From: Candidatus Woesebacteria bacterium
GTDB taxonomy: Bacteria > Patescibacteriota > Microgenomatia > UBA1400 > PJMF01
Reading direction: 5' to 3'
DNA length: 64,000 nucleotides
Assembly (NCBI GenBank): GCA_017999345.1
Contig: JAGNLY010000001.1
Coordinates: 156,535 to 220,534 of the forward strand
Shown here in pieces: positions 43,170 through 54,204 of the stretch; the stretch's first letter is position 1, and each line of letters starts with the position of its first letter. The position numbers and the translations under genes were made by a program. Under the pieces are notes generated by a model that did no database searches, had not been told where the DNA came from, and saw only the letters and a program-made list of their open reading frames with translations.

Positions 43170-45299
43170 ATGGCCGACAACAAAAATATAAAAGTTCCAT
43201 TAGAGAGAATTAGAAACATTGGTATTATCGCGCATATTGACGCAGGAAAAACCACAACTTCAGAAAGAATTTTGTATTTTACCGGAAGAACCTATAAAAT
43301 TGGTGAGGTTCATGAAGGTGCCGCAACTATGGACTGGATGGCACAAGAGCAAGAGCGTGGAATTACAATCGTTTCTGCTGCAACCACTTGTTTTTGGACT
43401 CCTCATTTTGAAGTTCACTTAGAGCACGCACCATATAGATTTAATATTATTGATACTCCAGGGCACGTCGATTTTACAGCAGAAGTTGAAAGATCACTTC
43501 GTGTTTTGGATGGAGGAATTACAGTTCTTGATGCAAGTGAAGGTGTTCAGTCACAATCTGAAACAGTTTGGCGCCAAGCTGATAAATACAATATTCCAAG
43601 AATTTGTTTTATTAACAAAATGGACAAATTGGGTGCAGATTTTTTTGCTACCGTTGATGACATTAGAGTTAAATTTGGTGTTACCCCAGCAGTTATGGTT
43701 TTGCCAATGGGATCCGAAAATGATTTCAAAGGCGTAATTCAAATCCTAGAAGAAAAAGCTTTATTTTGGAAAGATTCAGCTGCAGATATTGAGCCAGAAG
43801 TTAAAGAAGTCCCAGAAGAATATAAAGCAAGAGTCGCGGAATTAAGAGCTCAATTAGTTGAGCAAATCGCAGAAAATGACGATGCACTTTTACAAAGATA
43901 TTTTGACGGTAAAGAAATCGCTTTGAATGAGCTAAAAGCATCATTAAGAAAAGCAGTTATTGGTTATAAATTAGTTCCTGTTTATGCTGGTTCTTCACTT
44001 AAAAATACAGGTGTTCAACCAATGCTTGATGCAGTTGTAGACTATTTGCCATCACCAGTTGATATTGATCATATAACTGGCATTAATCCAAAAACTGAAG
44101 AAGAAGAAGTTAGACAATTAGTACCAAAAGAAAAATTTTGTGCTTTAGCATTTAAAATTCAGACAGATCCACACGTTGGTAGAATTACTTATACTAGAAT
44201 TTATTCTGGAGTTCTTACTGCTGGAAGTTATACATACAACTCAACCACCAAACAAAAGGAAAGAGTTGGACGTTTGTTACTTATGCATGCTAATCAGAGA
44301 GAAGAAATTCAGGAAGCAAAAGCAGGAGAAATCGTTGCAATTGTTGGCTTAAAAAATACCAGAACAGGAGACACTCTTTGCGATGAAGAAAATAAAATCG
44401 TCTTAGAGGGAATTACTTTTGCTGAGCCAGTTATTTCTTTATCTATTGAACCAAAAACCAAATCAGACCAAGAAAAAATGGGTATGGCTTTGGCAAAACT
44501 TAGTGAAGAAGATCCAACTTTTTCTATCAAATCTAATCCAGACACCGGACAAACAATTATTGGTGGTATGGGAGAATTACATCTTGAAATCATCGTTGAT
44601 CGTATGAAGAGAGAGTTTAGTGTTGATGCTAATGTCGGAACTCCTCAAGTTGCATATAGAGAAACAATTACCAAAATGGCTGAAGCCGAAGGTAAATATA
44701 TCAAACAATCTGGAGGTCGTGGTCAATATGGTCACGTTCTTTTGAGACTTGAACCAAAAGATAGAGGTACGGGTTACGAATTTGTAAATGATATCAAAGG
44801 TGGAACTGTTCCTAGAGAATTTATTAAGCCAACTGACAAAGGTGTACAAGAATCTTTGGAGCGTGGTTTCTTGGCTAACTTCCCAATGAGCGACATTAAA
44901 GTTACTCTTTATGATGGTTCATACCATGATGTTGACTCAAGTGAAATTGCATTTAAAATGGCTGGTTCTTTGGCAATGAGACATGGAACGGCTGAGGCAG
45001 GTATGGTCTTGCTCGAGCCTATCATGAAAGTTGAAGTTTCAACTCCAGAAGAATACATGGGAGATGTCATCGGAGATTTAGGTTCAAGAAGAGCTCAAAT
45101 ACAGGGGACAGCATCAAGAGGTAGTGTTACAATCATTACAGCACTTTCTCCTTTAGCAGAAATGCAAGGTTATGTTACAATTCTAAGAAGTATGACAAAA
45201 GGAAGAGCATCCTCAGTGATGTTGCCAAGTCATTACGATATTGTTCCAAACAGTATTACAGAAAAGTTAATCGCCGAGAGAAAAACTGGCGGAAGATAA
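43170..45299 (+). CDS. fusA: Elongation factor G
   Basis: [27 protein letters not shown]. The track start at 43161 is GTG; ATG 43170 is preferred. Confidence 0.97.
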   Translation: MADNKNIKVPLERIRNIGIIAHIDAGKTTTSERILYFTGRTYKIGEVHEGAATMDWMAQEQERGITIVSAATTCFWTPHFEVHLEHAPYRFNIIDTPGHVDFTAEVERSLRVLDGGITVLDASEGVQSQSETVWRQADKYNIPRICFINKMDKLGADFFATVDDIRVKFGVTPAVMVLPMGSENDFKGVIQILEEKALFWKDSAADIEPEVKEVPEEYKARVAELRAQLVEQIAENDDALLQRYFDGKEIALNELKASLRKAVIGYKLVPVYAGSSLKNTGVQPMLDAVVDYLPSPVDIDHITGINPKTEEEEVRQLVPKEKFCALAFKIQTDPHVGRITYTRIYSGVLTAGSYTYNSTTKQKERVGRLLLMHANQREEIQEAKAGEIVAIVGLKNTRTGDTLCDEENKIVLEGITFAEPVISLSIEPKTKSDQEKMGMALAKLSEEDPTFSIKSNPDTGQTIIGGMGELHLEIIVDRMKREFSVDANVGTPQVAYRETITKMAEAEGKYIKQSGGRGQYGHVLLRLEPKDRGTGYEFVNDIKGGTVPREFIKPTDKGVQESLERGFLANFPMSDIKVTLYDGSYHDVDSSEIAFKMAGSLAMRHGTAEAGMVLLEPIMKVEVSTPEEYMGDVIGDLGSRRAQIQGTASRGSVTIITALSPLAEMQGYVTILRSMTKGRASSVMLPSHYDIVPNSITEKLIAERKTGGR

Positions 45300-45356
45300 A
45301 GTGTTCGATAAATAGTATTATATATAGTAATTAAGTAAATATAATTAGGAGGCCTT

Positions 45357-46553
45357 ATGGCAGACGCAAAAAAATTTATACGTGACAAAAAGCACGTCAA
45401 TATCGGTACAATTGGTCACGTTGACCATGGAAAAACAACTCTTACAGCAGCTATAGCAACTACTTTATCAGTTAAAGTTCCAAGTAGTATCAACAAAGCA
45501 ATGAACTACCTAGATATTGATAATGCTCCAGAAGAAGCAGCTCGTGGAGTCACAATCAATATTTCACATATTGAGTACGAAACAACAAAGAGACATTACG
45601 CTCACATTGATGCTCCAGGACATGCTGACTATATTAAAAATATGATCACAGGTGCAGCTCAAATGGACGGTGCAATTTTAGTTGTTGCCGCTACCGATGG
45701 TCCTATGCCACAAACACATGAGCATATTTTGTTGGCAAAACAAGTTAACGTTCCAAACCTAGTTGTTGCATTGAACAAATGTGACATGGTTGATGACGCA
45801 GAACTTTTAGACTTAGTTGAAATGGAAGTCAGAGAATTACTAACAAAGCATGGCTTTGATGGTGACAATGCTCCAGTTCACAGAGTTTCAGCACTTAAAG
45901 CACTTGAGGGTGATGATGCAGAACAAATGAAGATCATGGCACTCATGGATTCAGTAGACTCATTTATCCCAGATCCAGTAAGAGAATTGGACAAACCATT
46001 CTTGATGCCTGTTGAAGATGTTTTCTCTATCAAAGGTAGAGGAACTGTCGTTACTGGTCGTATCGAATCAGGAATAATCAAGGTTGGTGATGAAATTGAA
46101 ATTGCTGGTATCAAAGATACAGCAAAATCAACCGTCACTGGTGTTGAAATGTTTAGAAAAATGCTTGATCAAGGTGAAGCAGGAGACAATGTTGGAATAC
46201 TTTTGAGAGGTGTTGGCAAAGATGACGTCGAAAGAGGTCAAGTTTTGGCAAAACCAGGTACAGCAAGTGTTCATACAGAATTTGAAGCTGAAGTTTATAT
46301 CTTAACCAAAGAAGAAGGTGGAAGACATAAACCATTCTTCTCAGGTTATAGACCACAATTTTACGTTAGAACAACTGACGTAACTGGAGAAATTAAACTT
46401 CCAGACGGCGTTGAAATGGTTATGCCTGGCGACAATGCAAAGATGCACGTCAAATTAATCGTTCCAGTCGTAGCTTCAGAAGGATTGCGTTTTGCTATCC
46501 GTGAAGGTGGACACACAATTGGTGCTGGTGCAATTACCAAGATTACCAAGTAA
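45357..46553 (+). CDS. tuf: Elongation factor Tu
   Basis: [29 protein letters not shown] upstream. Confidence 0.98.
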   Translation: MADAKKFIRDKKHVNIGTIGHVDHGKTTLTAAIATTLSVKVPSSINKAMNYLDIDNAPEEAARGVTINISHIEYETTKRHYAHIDAPGHADYIKNMITGAAQMDGAILVVAATDGPMPQTHEHILLAKQVNVPNLVVALNKCDMVDDAELLDLVEMEVRELLTKHGFDGDNAPVHRVSALKALEGDDAEQMKIMALMDSVDSFIPDPVRELDKPFLMPVEDVFSIKGRGTVVTGRIESGIIKVGDEIEIAGIKDTAKSTVTGVEMFRKMLDQGEAGDNVGILLRGVGKDDVERGQVLAKPGTASVHTEFEAEVYILTKEEGGRHKPFFSGYRPQFYVRTTDVTGEIKLPDGVEMVMPGDNAKMHVKLIVPVVASEGLRFAIREGGHTIGAGAITKITK

Positions 46554-46569
46554 TTTAAGATAGAATATA

Positions 46570-46601
46570 TTTTCGCCCCGCATAAAAGTGCGGGGCGAAA
46601 A
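46570..46601 (+). terminator. Terminator-like hairpin after tuf
   Basis: TTTTCGCCCCGCA-TAAAAG-TGCGGGGCGAAAA, a 13-bp stem. The downstream T-tract is weak. Confidence 0.55.
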
Positions 46602-46659
46602 GTTTAAAAAGTAAAAATAGAAGTAGAAGAAAGACGAGAAAATTAAAATAAAATTGGGG

Positions 46660-46688
46660 TTTACATCTTGAGGAATTTTATGTATAAT
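46660..46688 (+). promoter_or_regulatory. S10-operon promoter TTTACA-17-TATAAT
   Basis: TTTACA at 46660-65, TATAAT at 46683-88. The leader contains the small hairpin TATGGT-6 nt-ACCATA (46696-46713). Confidence 0.6.
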
Positions 46689-46750
46689 CTCGTCCTATGG
46701 TTTAAACACCATAAATAAGATAAAAATTAATAATTAATAAGTTGTTTAAA

Positions 46751-47083
46751 ATGGCTAAACTAGATCAAAAAACTAAAACTGGATATAAAATTCGCGTAAG
46801 ATTAAAATCTTACGATCATCGTGTTATAGACAGTGCAAGTCAAAAGATTTTAGAAACAGCACTCTCAACAGGAGCAAAGGTTGTTGGTCCAGTACCACTT
46901 CCTACTCATAAAAGAGAGTTCACTGTTTTAGCTTCTCCTCATTCTGATAAGAATGCTCAGGAGCACTACCATATTAAGACACATAAGAGACTGATTGACA
47001 TTGTCAATCCAACAAGTAAGACTATCGATTCATTAATGCATTTGGAATTACCAGCAGGTGTTTCAATTCAAATTAAGATGTAG
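46751..47083 (+). CDS. rpsJ: 30S ribosomal protein S10
   Basis: S10 similarity ([14 protein letters not shown]...). The track start at 46742 is TTG; ATG 46751 is preferred. Confidence 0.96.
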   Translation: MAKLDQKTKTGYKIRVRLKSYDHRVIDSASQKILETALSTGAKVVGPVPLPTHKREFTVLASPHSDKNAQEHYHIKTHKRLIDIVNPTSKTIDSLMHLELPAGVSIQIKM

Positions 47084-47168
47084 TAGTAAAAACAGGAGTT
47101 AATGTTGCGAATAAAATTTAGCAACCTTAAGTTAAATAGATTAATTAAATTATATAGATATTATTGGT

Positions 47169-47990
47169 ATGATACGAGATATATTTGCTACCAAAACAGG
47201 AATGACACAAGCTTGGACCAAAGCAGGCAAGCGCTTGGCTGTTACCCGTTGTAAAGTTTTACAGATGCCTGTAATCGGCAAGCAAGATATTGAAGTAGTT
47301 GATAAGAATTCACAAAATAGAGATAAACTTACTTGCTCAATTATTGAAGTTGGCTTTGGTAAGAAAAAACTTAAAAACATGAGCAAGCCACTCAAGACCA
47401 AAATGGAAAAGAGTGGTTTTTCTTTTGGCGTAAAAAAAATCAAAGGTTTAAGAACCTATGATGAAAAGATGAAGTTATCTATAGATGAAGATATTAAAGT
47501 CGGAGACAACATAAGTTTAGACAGTGTTTTAGAAGTCGGCGATGTTGTTAAAGTTCAAGGCACAACCAAAGGAAGAGGTTTTGCTGGAGGAATGAAGAGA
47601 CATGGTTTCCATGGAGGTCCAAAAACTCACGGTCAATCTGATAGATCACGCGCAGTTGGATCAATTGGTCCTGGAACAACTCCAGGTAGAGTTTGGGCCG
47701 GCAAAAAAATGCCAGGTAGATATGGAAATGATCTCCAATCAGTCAAAGGCTTAGTAATTTTACATATTGATAAAGAAACACAAGAAATTTGGCTAAGTGG
47801 TCCTGTTCCAGGTTCAATTATGTCAGATATTAAAATTTCAAAGATTGGTAAAAAGAAAAACATTGAAATTAATTACGAAGCTTCAAATATTAAAATTAAA
47901 GCAGCAAAAACTGAAGAAGTAGCTTCAACAGAAGTTGTTTCAGCAGAAGCAGAAGTAGAACCAGAAGTTAACCAAGAGGTTGCAGCATAA
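47169..47990 (+). CDS. rplC: 50S ribosomal protein L3 (with acidic C-terminal extension)
   Basis: TKTGMTQAW...GTTKGRGFAGGMKRHGFHGGPKTHGQS. Confidence 0.96.
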   Translation: MIRDIFATKTGMTQAWTKAGKRLAVTRCKVLQMPVIGKQDIEVVDKNSQNRDKLTCSIIEVGFGKKKLKNMSKPLKTKMEKSGFSFGVKKIKGLRTYDEKMKLSIDEDIKVGDNISLDSVLEVGDVVKVQGTTKGRGFAGGMKRHGFHGGPKTHGQSDRSRAVGSIGPGTTPGRVWAGKKMPGRYGNDLQSVKGLVILHIDKETQEIWLSGPVPGSIMSDIKISKIGKKKNIEINYEASNIKIKAAKTEEVASTEVVSAEAEVEPEVNQEVAA

Positions 47991-47992
47991 AC

Positions 47993-48655
47993 ATGAAAAT
48001 TAAGAGTATTACAGCTACCAATAAACTTTCATCAATCACAGTAAGTGATGAGGTTTTTGGTTCAAAAACAAACGATCAACTTTTGAGTCAAGCTATCAGA
48101 GTTTATTTGTCTAATAAGAGACAAGGCACTAGTAAAGTCAAAACAAGAGGTGAAGTTACTGGTTCAAGAAAGAAAATTTGGAAACAAAAAGGAACTGGAA
48201 ATGCTCGTCACGGTGCAAAATCAGCTCCAATTTTTGTTGGTGGAGGAGTTGCTCATGGTCCAAAAGGTATTGAGAACTGGGATCTAAAGCTTTCTAGACA
48301 CATGAAGAAAAAAGCATTAATCGTAGCTTTGAGTTTACAAGTTGAAAACATTTATGCTTCTGATAATCTCACAGGAATGGATGGCAAAACCAAAACAGCA
48401 GCAACACTTTTGAACGAACTCAAAATAACTGACAAAAAAGTTTTAATAGTTGTTGACGATGTTAATGAATTAGTTAGAAGATCATTTAGAAATATTAAAA
48501 GAGTAACTGTTATGCAAGTTTCACTTTTAAATGCTTTAAATATCGCATCAGCAGATGCAGTTATTTTCAGTAAAGATGCCATAAAGTCATTAGAAACAAG
48601 ATTAGTTAAAAAAGAAAAGAAAGTAGCTGAGATTACTACTAAGAAAGCTATCTAA
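47993..48655 (+). CDS. rplD: 50S ribosomal protein L4
   Basis: KQKGTGNARHG...GGGVAHGPK. Confidence 0.96.
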   Translation: MKIKSITATNKLSSITVSDEVFGSKTNDQLLSQAIRVYLSNKRQGTSKVKTRGEVTGSRKKIWKQKGTGNARHGAKSAPIFVGGGVAHGPKGIENWDLKLSRHMKKKALIVALSLQVENIYASDNLTGMDGKTKTAATLLNELKITDKKVLIVVDDVNELVRRSFRNIKRVTVMQVSLLNALNIASADAVIFSKDAIKSLETRLVKKEKKVAEITTKKAI

Positions 48656-48657
48656 TC

Positions 48658-48954
48658 ATGAACCCATACATAGTTATCAAACCAGTAATTACAGAAAAAT
48701 CACTAAGATTAGCAAATAGTGAAAATACTTATGTTTTTGAAGTTCAAATGACTTCAAATAAAAATCAAATTAAAGAAGCTATAGAAAAATTATTTGCAGT
48801 AAGTGTCGAAAAAATTCGTACAATTGTAAATCAAAAAGAAATCAAGAGAACTGGTAAAAAAAGAGTTTCAGTAAGTACTGGAAAAACCAAAAAAGCATTA
48901 GTAACTCTTAAATCAGGACAATCAATTGATTTATTTGATACATCGGAAGAATAA
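48658..48954 (+). CDS. rplW: 50S ribosomal protein L23
   Basis: Position in the S10 operon and L23-like sequence (VIKPVITEKS...). Confidence 0.95.
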   Translation: MNPYIVIKPVITEKSLRLANSENTYVFEVQMTSNKNQIKEAIEKLFAVSVEKIRTIVNQKEIKRTGKKRVSVSTGKTKKALVTLKSGQSIDLFDTSEE

Positions 48955-48960
48955 TATAAA

Positions 48961-49794
48961 ATGTTAATAATACAAAAACCAACCAGCGCAGGAAGAAGAC
49001 ATCAAGTTTCTATTGATAGATCTGATTTATATAAAGGTAAGCCAGAAAAATCATTGCTTGAATCAGGTCACAAAAAAAGACAAGGAAGAGGTTTTAAAGG
49101 CCATGTTACCGTAAGACACAGAGGTGGTGGTGTTAAGAAGAAAATGCGTATTATTGATTGGAAAAGAAGCAATCACGGAGTAGAGGGAACAGTTATCAGA
49201 TTAGAGTATGATCCAATGAGAAGTTCTCATTTGGCATTAATTTACTACAAAGATGGTAGCAAAGGCTATATTTTAGCCCCTCAAGGACTAGTAGCTGGAG
49301 ATATCATCGTATCTGGTGAAAAAGCAGAAGTTAAAGTCGGAAACTCCTTACCACTTAAAAACATTCCTATTGGTATGTTTATTCACAACGTTGAATTAAG
49401 AGCTGGAAAAGGCGCACAAATGGTTCGTGGCGCAGGAACAGCAGCTATTATTCAAGCAAAAGAAGGAAAATACGTCACAATTCAATTACCTTCAAAAGAG
49501 CTAAGATTGATCAACGCAGAATGTTGCGCTACAATTGGCCAGATTGGTAATCAAGAATGGAAGAATAGAAAAATTGGTAAAGCAGGTAGAAGTAGATTAA
49601 TGGGTATTAGACCGGCTGTTCGTGGAACAGCTCAACATCCAGGAAGCCATCCACACGGAGGTGGAGAAGGTAGATCAGGAGTTGGATTGAAACATCCAAA
49701 GACTCCATGGGGTAAGCATGCATTGGGTAAGAAAACTCGTGCAAAGAATCATAGAACAAATAAATGGATAATTAGAGACAGAAGAGCTAAATAG
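48961..49794 (+). CDS. rplB: 50S ribosomal protein L2
   Basis: RHRGGGVKK...HPHGGGEGR. Confidence 0.97.
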   Translation: MLIIQKPTSAGRRHQVSIDRSDLYKGKPEKSLLESGHKKRQGRGFKGHVTVRHRGGGVKKKMRIIDWKRSNHGVEGTVIRLEYDPMRSSHLALIYYKDGSKGYILAPQGLVAGDIIVSGEKAEVKVGNSLPLKNIPIGMFIHNVELRAGKGAQMVRGAGTAAIIQAKEGKYVTIQLPSKELRLINAECCATIGQIGNQEWKNRKIGKAGRSRLMGIRPAVRGTAQHPGSHPHGGGEGRSGVGLKHPKTPWGKHALGKKTRAKNHRTNKWIIRDRRAK

Positions 49795-49803
49795 GAAAAT
49801 ATT

Positions 49804-50088
49804 ATGTCAAGATCAAGCAAAAAAGGACCATTCGTTGACCCAACACTTTTGAAAAAAGTTTTGGTTCAAAAAGCATCTGGAGACAAGTCTGCTATCAAAA
49901 CTTGGAGTAGAGCTTGTGTAATTTCACCAGATTTCGTTGGCCACACTTTTTTGGTTCACCAAGGCAAAAATTTTGTTGAAGTTTTTGTTAATGAAAGTAT
50001 GGTTGGACACAAATTGGGAGAATTTTCTCCAACAAGAACATTTAGAGGTCACGGTAAAATCGTTAAACGTACATTAACCAAGACTTAA
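49804..50088 (+). CDS. rpsS: 30S ribosomal protein S19
   Basis: [12 protein letters not shown]...[10 protein letters not shown]...[16 protein letters not shown]. Confidence 0.97.
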   Translation: MSRSSKKGPFVDPTLLKKVLVQKASGDKSAIKTWSRACVISPDFVGHTFLVHQGKNFVEVFVNESMVGHKLGEFSPTRTFRGHGKIVKRTLTKT

Positions 50089-50107
50089 GGTTTACAAAAA
50101 AATTAAA

Positions 50108-50629
50108 ATGATAATTAAAGCAACACAAAAAAATACCAGACAACCAGCAAGAAAAGTTAGAATAGTAGCTAATACAGTTAAAAAACTTTCTTTGCCTGAT
50201 GCAGTAAGTCAATTGGCTTCTATTGAAAGAAAGTCAACTTTGGTGATTTTGAAGGTACTAAGACAAGCAATCGCAAATGCAGTTCATAATCATGGATTTG
50301 CAATTGAAGATCTGACCATCAAATCAATTACTGTTGCTCCTGCTCCACAACTTAAGAGATTTAGAGCTGTAAGTAGAGGAAGAGCACATACAATTGTAAA
50401 GAGAACCTGTCACGTCACTGTTGAATTAGAAGCAGCTGAATCAAAATCAACTTCTTCAGTTAAACCTGCTGATAAAGTTGTAAAAGCAAAGACAGAAACA
50501 AAAAATACTGAAGAAAAGAAAGCAGTAAAGAAAGTTTCATCTGGACCAGTTGTTAACAGAAAAGTTGTTGCAACCAAGAATGTTGTTGCAAAAATGAGTA
50601 ATACTAAACAGAAAAAGGGACAAGCATAG
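50108..50629 (+). CDS. rplV: 50S ribosomal protein L22 (with ~60-aa K/A/V-rich C-terminal extension)
   Basis: L22 core (ARKVRIVANTVKK...RAHTIVKRTCHVTV) plus a tail. Confidence 0.95.
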   Translation: MIIKATQKNTRQPARKVRIVANTVKKLSLPDAVSQLASIERKSTLVILKVLRQAIANAVHNHGFAIEDLTIKSITVAPAPQLKRFRAVSRGRAHTIVKRTCHVTVELEAAESKSTSSVKPADKVVKAKTETKNTEEKKAVKKVSSGPVVNRKVVATKNVVAKMSNTKQKKGQA

Positions 50630-50679
50630 TAATAATTAGAAAATAAAATTTTAGTAGAGAATATCGGACTTAGAAGTAG

Positions 50680-50692
50680 TATAATACACAGT
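50680..50692 (+). promoter_or_regulatory. Possible internal promoter -10 (TATAATACACAGT) between rplV and rpsC
   Basis: This 13-nt string is identical to the rpoB promoter -10 and downstream region (31886-31898). No good -35. Confidence 0.35.
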
Positions 50693-50733
50693 CTGTAATT
50701 AAGAATTAGAAAATAAATTTAAGATCAAAAAAT

Positions 50734-51384
50734 ATGGGACAAAAAGTAAATCCAATCGGCTACAGAATAGGCTCCACCTTTAGTTGGAAGTCTCGTTGGT
50801 TTGCAGCACCAAAAGATTATTCTAATAGATTGATTGAAGATTATAGAGTTAGAAAATTTTTAAATGATAAATTAGCTAGTGCTGGTTTAACAACCATAGA
50901 AATTGAGAGATCTTTAAAAGCTATAAAAGTTGTTTTGTTCGTTTCAAGACCAGGTGTAGTTATTGGAAAAGGTGGAACAAATTTAGAAGTTGTTAAAAAA
51001 GAAATTGAGAGAATACTTAATGTTTCTAAAGTTCAAAAAGACAAAGTTAAAATTGACTTAAGAGTTGAAGAAGTTAAGAAGCCAGATTTAAGTGCAAAAT
51101 TAGTTGCAGAAAGAATTGTTGGCCAGCTTCTTAAAAGATTTCCACATAGAAGAGCTGTTATTCAAGCTCTTGAAAAAACTATGCAAGCTGGAGCAAAGGG
51201 AATTAAAATTCAACTTTCTGGAAGAATTAATGGTGCAGAAATTGGAAGAACAGAAAAATACTTTCAAGGAAGTGTCCCAACTCAAACAATTAGAGCCAAC
51301 ATTGATTATTACCAAGTTCCAGCTCCAACAAGATCTGGATATGTTGGAATTAAGGTATGGATTTATAAAGGTGAAATAGTCTAG
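50734..51384 (+). CDS. rpsC: 30S ribosomal protein S3
   Basis: MGQKVNPIGYRIG...; KH and S3-C domains. Confidence 0.97.
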   Translation: MGQKVNPIGYRIGSTFSWKSRWFAAPKDYSNRLIEDYRVRKFLNDKLASAGLTTIEIERSLKAIKVVLFVSRPGVVIGKGGTNLEVVKKEIERILNVSKVQKDKVKIDLRVEEVKKPDLSAKLVAERIVGQLLKRFPHRRAVIQALEKTMQAGAKGIKIQLSGRINGAEIGRTEKYFQGSVPTQTIRANIDYYQVPAPTRSGYVGIKVWIYKGEIV

Positions 51385-51386
51385 TT

Positions 51387-51791
51387 ATGCTACAACCAAG
51401 AAAAGAAACATACCGAAAACAATTTAGAGGCAAAATGAGAGGAACCGCTCAACGTGGCACAACTGTTGCTTTTGGTGAGTATGGACTTCAAGCAGTTTCT
51501 AGAGGATGGGTTTCAGCAAGACAAATTGAAGCAGCTAGAAAAAAAATCACTTTTATGACTAAAAGAGATGGTAAGTATTGGGTAAGAGTTTTCCCACACA
51601 AGCCAATTACTAGTAAGCCAGTTGGAGTTAAAATGGGATCTGGAAAAGGAGCTGTTCAAGAGCACGTAGCTGTTGTCAGACCAGGATCAATTTTATTTGA
51701 ATTAAGTGGAGTAACAGAAGAAACAGCAAAATTAGCATTTGTAAAAGCAGGACATAAGTTGTCTGTAAAAACAGCAATTGTAAAGAAATAA
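51387..51791 (+). CDS. rplP: 50S ribosomal protein L16
   Basis: MLQPRKETYRKQFRGKMRG... Confidence 0.97.
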   Translation: MLQPRKETYRKQFRGKMRGTAQRGTTVAFGEYGLQAVSRGWVSARQIEAARKKITFMTKRDGKYWVRVFPHKPITSKPVGVKMGSGKGAVQEHVAVVRPGSILFELSGVTEETAKLAFVKAGHKLSVKTAIVKK

Positions 51792-51794
51792 TAA

Positions 51795-51986
51795 ATGAGA
51801 ACAAACGATATAAAAGCACTACATGATAAATCAGTTGAGGAATTAAAAGTTCAGCTCGATGAATTATCTGTAGAATTAGCAAAAGCAAGATTGCAAAAAA
51901 GAGCTGGTAAATTAAAAAATACACACATCTCTTTATTAGCAGACGATGTTGCTAGAATTAAAACTGTAATAGGAAATAAATCATGA
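51795..51986 (+). CDS. rpmC: 50S ribosomal protein L29
   Basis: 63 aa, operon position, L29-like helical sequence. Confidence 0.93.
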   Translation: MRTNDIKALHDKSVEELKVQLDELSVELAKARLQKRAGKLKNTHISLLADDVARIKTVIGNKS

Positions 51987-52231
51987 AAACTATAAAAGGA
52001 ACTGTCGAATCACTAAAATCTGACAAGACTGCAAAAGTCAAAGTTGTTAGATTGTGGCAACACCCTTTATATCTAAAATCTGTAAAGCGTACAAAAGCAT
52101 TTGCTTGCCACTACGAAAATATAGATTTAGAAGTTGGAGATGAAGTTGTTATTACTGCTACCAGACCAATTAGTAAAACAAAGAGATTCACAATAGTTTC
52201 AAAAGTTTCAAAAATTGAAGGAAACAACTAA
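51983..52231 (+). CDS. rpsQ: 30S ribosomal protein S17
   Basis: KGTVESLKSDKTAKVKV...PLYLKSVKRTKAFACH. Confidence 0.95.
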   Translation: MKTIKGTVESLKSDKTAKVKVVRLWQHPLYLKSVKRTKAFACHYENIDLEVGDEVVITATRPISKTKRFTIVSKVSKIEGNN

Positions 52232-52605
52232 TGATTCAATTAAGATCTATACTACTAATTGCTGATAATTCAGGTGCAAAAAGAATAAGAGTTATTCAGG
52301 TTCATGGTGGATCAAAAAAGAGATTCGGCTATGTTGGAGATATAGTTGCTGCATCAGTGATTTCTTCAGATGCAACCGGAACAATCAAAAAAGGTGAAAA
52401 AGTTAAGGCTGTCATTGTAAGAACCAGAAAAGAAGTTAGAAGACCATCTGGAGAATATATTAGATTTGACGACAATGCAGCAGTTATCATTGAATCAAGA
52501 GCTAATCCAATTCCAATCGGCACTCGTGTCTTTGGACCAATTGCAAGAGAAGTTAAAAATAGAGGTTATAATAAGATTGCAAGTTTAGCTCAAGAGGTTT
52601 TATAG
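52231..52605 (+). CDS. rplN: 50S ribosomal protein L14
   Basis: MIQLRSILLIADNSGAK... Confidence 0.97.
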   Translation: MIQLRSILLIADNSGAKRIRVIQVHGGSKKRFGYVGDIVAASVISSDATGTIKKGEKVKAVIVRTRKEVRRPSGEYIRFDDNAAVIIESRANPIPIGTRVFGPIAREVKNRGYNKIASLAQEVL

Positions 52606-52614
52606 GCTATAAAT

Positions 52615-52950
52615 ATGAAATTTAAAGTAAACGATAAAGTACTAGTAACAGCAGGAAAAGATAAGGGTAAAACTGGATTGATCAAAATGATCTATCCAAA
52701 ACTCGATAAAGTTGTTGTAGAGGGTGTAAATAAATATACCAAACACATCAAGCCTATTAGTGGACGTGCTGGTGATAAAGTATCGGTTGAGAGAGCACTA
52801 CATACAGCAAGTATTGCTATCATTAATGAAAAAGGAAAAGCTGACAGAGTCGGATTTAAAGTAGCCAAGGATGGTACAAAATCAAGATTCTACAAGAAAA
52901 CAGGAAAAGTTATTACAGAAGATGCGCCAAAAGGCAAAGATAAAAAATAA
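52615..52950 (+). CDS. rplX: 50S ribosomal protein L24
   Basis: KVNDKVLVTAGKDKGKTG (KOW motif). Confidence 0.95.
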   Translation: MKFKVNDKVLVTAGKDKGKTGLIKMIYPKLDKVVVEGVNKYTKHIKPISGRAGDKVSVERALHTASIAIINEKGKADRVGFKVAKDGTKSRFYKKTGKVITEDAPKGKDKK

Positions 52951-52955
52951 GAATC

Positions 52956-53507
52956 ATGCAATTAAAACAACTATACGCCAGCAAAATTTTGTCACAACTT
53001 AAAAAAGAATTTAAGATAGAGAATGATTTTCAAGTTCCAAAATTAGAAAAGATTATTGTTAATATTGGTGTTGCAGATCCAGCAGATCCAAAAGCAAGAA
53101 AACAAGCAATCGCTAATATAGTTGACCAATTTGCAACCATGACAGGACAACAACCTGTTGTAACAGTTGCACATAAATCAATTGCAAACTTTAAATTGAG
53201 AAAAGGTGATCCACTAGGCGTTAAAGTTACACTTAGAGGCAAAAGAATGTGGGGATTTATTGAGAAATTAATTGCTGTCGCATTACCTCGTGTTAAAGAT
53301 TTCAGAGGCGTTCCAACAACAGCTTTTGATCACGCAGGAAACTATAGTTTGGGAATTGAAGAGCAAATTATTTTCCCAGAAATTAATTACGATAAAATTG
53401 AGAGAATAAGAAGTTTTCAAGTAGTAATAGTAACTTCTACAAAATCAGATGAAAAGGCTCGCAGATTGTTAGAACTGCTAGGAATGCCTTTCGAGAAAAA
53501 GGAATAA
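52956..53507 (+). CDS. rplE: 50S ribosomal protein L5
   Basis: Full-length L5 similarity (VPKLEKIIVNIGV...FRGVP...NYSLGIEEQIIFPEI). Confidence 0.97.
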   Translation: MQLKQLYASKILSQLKKEFKIENDFQVPKLEKIIVNIGVADPADPKARKQAIANIVDQFATMTGQQPVVTVAHKSIANFKLRKGDPLGVKVTLRGKRMWGFIEKLIAVALPRVKDFRGVPTTAFDHAGNYSLGIEEQIIFPEINYDKIERIRSFQVVIVTSTKSDEKARRLLELLGMPFEKKE

Positions 53508-53512
53508 TTTAA

Positions 53513-53743
53513 ATGGCTAAAAAATCAAAGATTGCAAAATCAAAAAAACTATTGGCACAAAGAGAGATTCTAAGAAAATTAGGAACTCACAAGCCTAACA
53601 AGGTATCGACCAGAGGAGAAAATCGTTGTAGAATAACTGGTCGTCCAAAAGGTTATATGAGATTTTTTGGTTTGAGTAGATTAACATTTAGAGAATTAGC
53701 TTTGAAAGGTGAACTCCCTGGAGTAGTTAAATCAAGTAAGTAA
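53513..53743 (+). CDS. rpsN: 30S ribosomal protein S14 (76 aa, no zinc-ribbon Cys pairs)
   Basis: [12 protein letters not shown]...[35 protein letters not shown]. Confidence 0.93.
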   Translation: MAKKSKIAKSKKLLAQREILRKLGTHKPNKVSTRGENRCRITGRPKGYMRFFGLSRLTFRELALKGELPGVVKSSK

Positions 53744-53797
53744 AAATAAATTTGATTGATTAACAAAAAAATCAATCATAAACAAGCGAAATAAAGT

Positions 53798-54190
53798 ATG
53801 ACAACCGACCCAATAGCAGATACAATCACAAGAATAAAGAATGCTCTCATGGCTCGCCATGAAAAGATAGAGATTCCTTATTCTAAAATGAAGAAGGCAG
53901 TTGTTGATATCCTCTTGAAAGAGGGATATGTCAATGATGTTGTAGTTAAAGAAGCTAAGCCATTTAACTACTTAGTAATTACATTAAAATACATTGGAAA
54001 ATCTCCAGCTGTAAATAATGTAAAAAGACTTTCTAAGCCAGGAAGAAGATTGTACGCACCTGTTAGTAAGTTGCCAAAAACACTCGGTGGTTATGGAATT
54101 ACCATTGTTTCTACAAGTAAGGGTGTCATGACTGATAAAGATGCACGTAAAGCAAATTTGGGAGGAGAACTTCTTTGCCAAATTTGGTAA
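53798..54190 (+). CDS. rpsH: 30S ribosomal protein S8
   Basis: DPIADTITRIKNA...; ends GGELLCQIW. Confidence 0.97.
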   Translation: MTTDPIADTITRIKNALMARHEKIEIPYSKMKKAVVDILLKEGYVNDVVVKEAKPFNYLVITLKYIGKSPAVNNVKRLSKPGRRLYAPVSKLPKTLGGYGITIVSTSKGVMTDKDARKANLGGELLCQIW

Positions 54191-54204
54191 AAAGTTAAAA
54201 ACAT

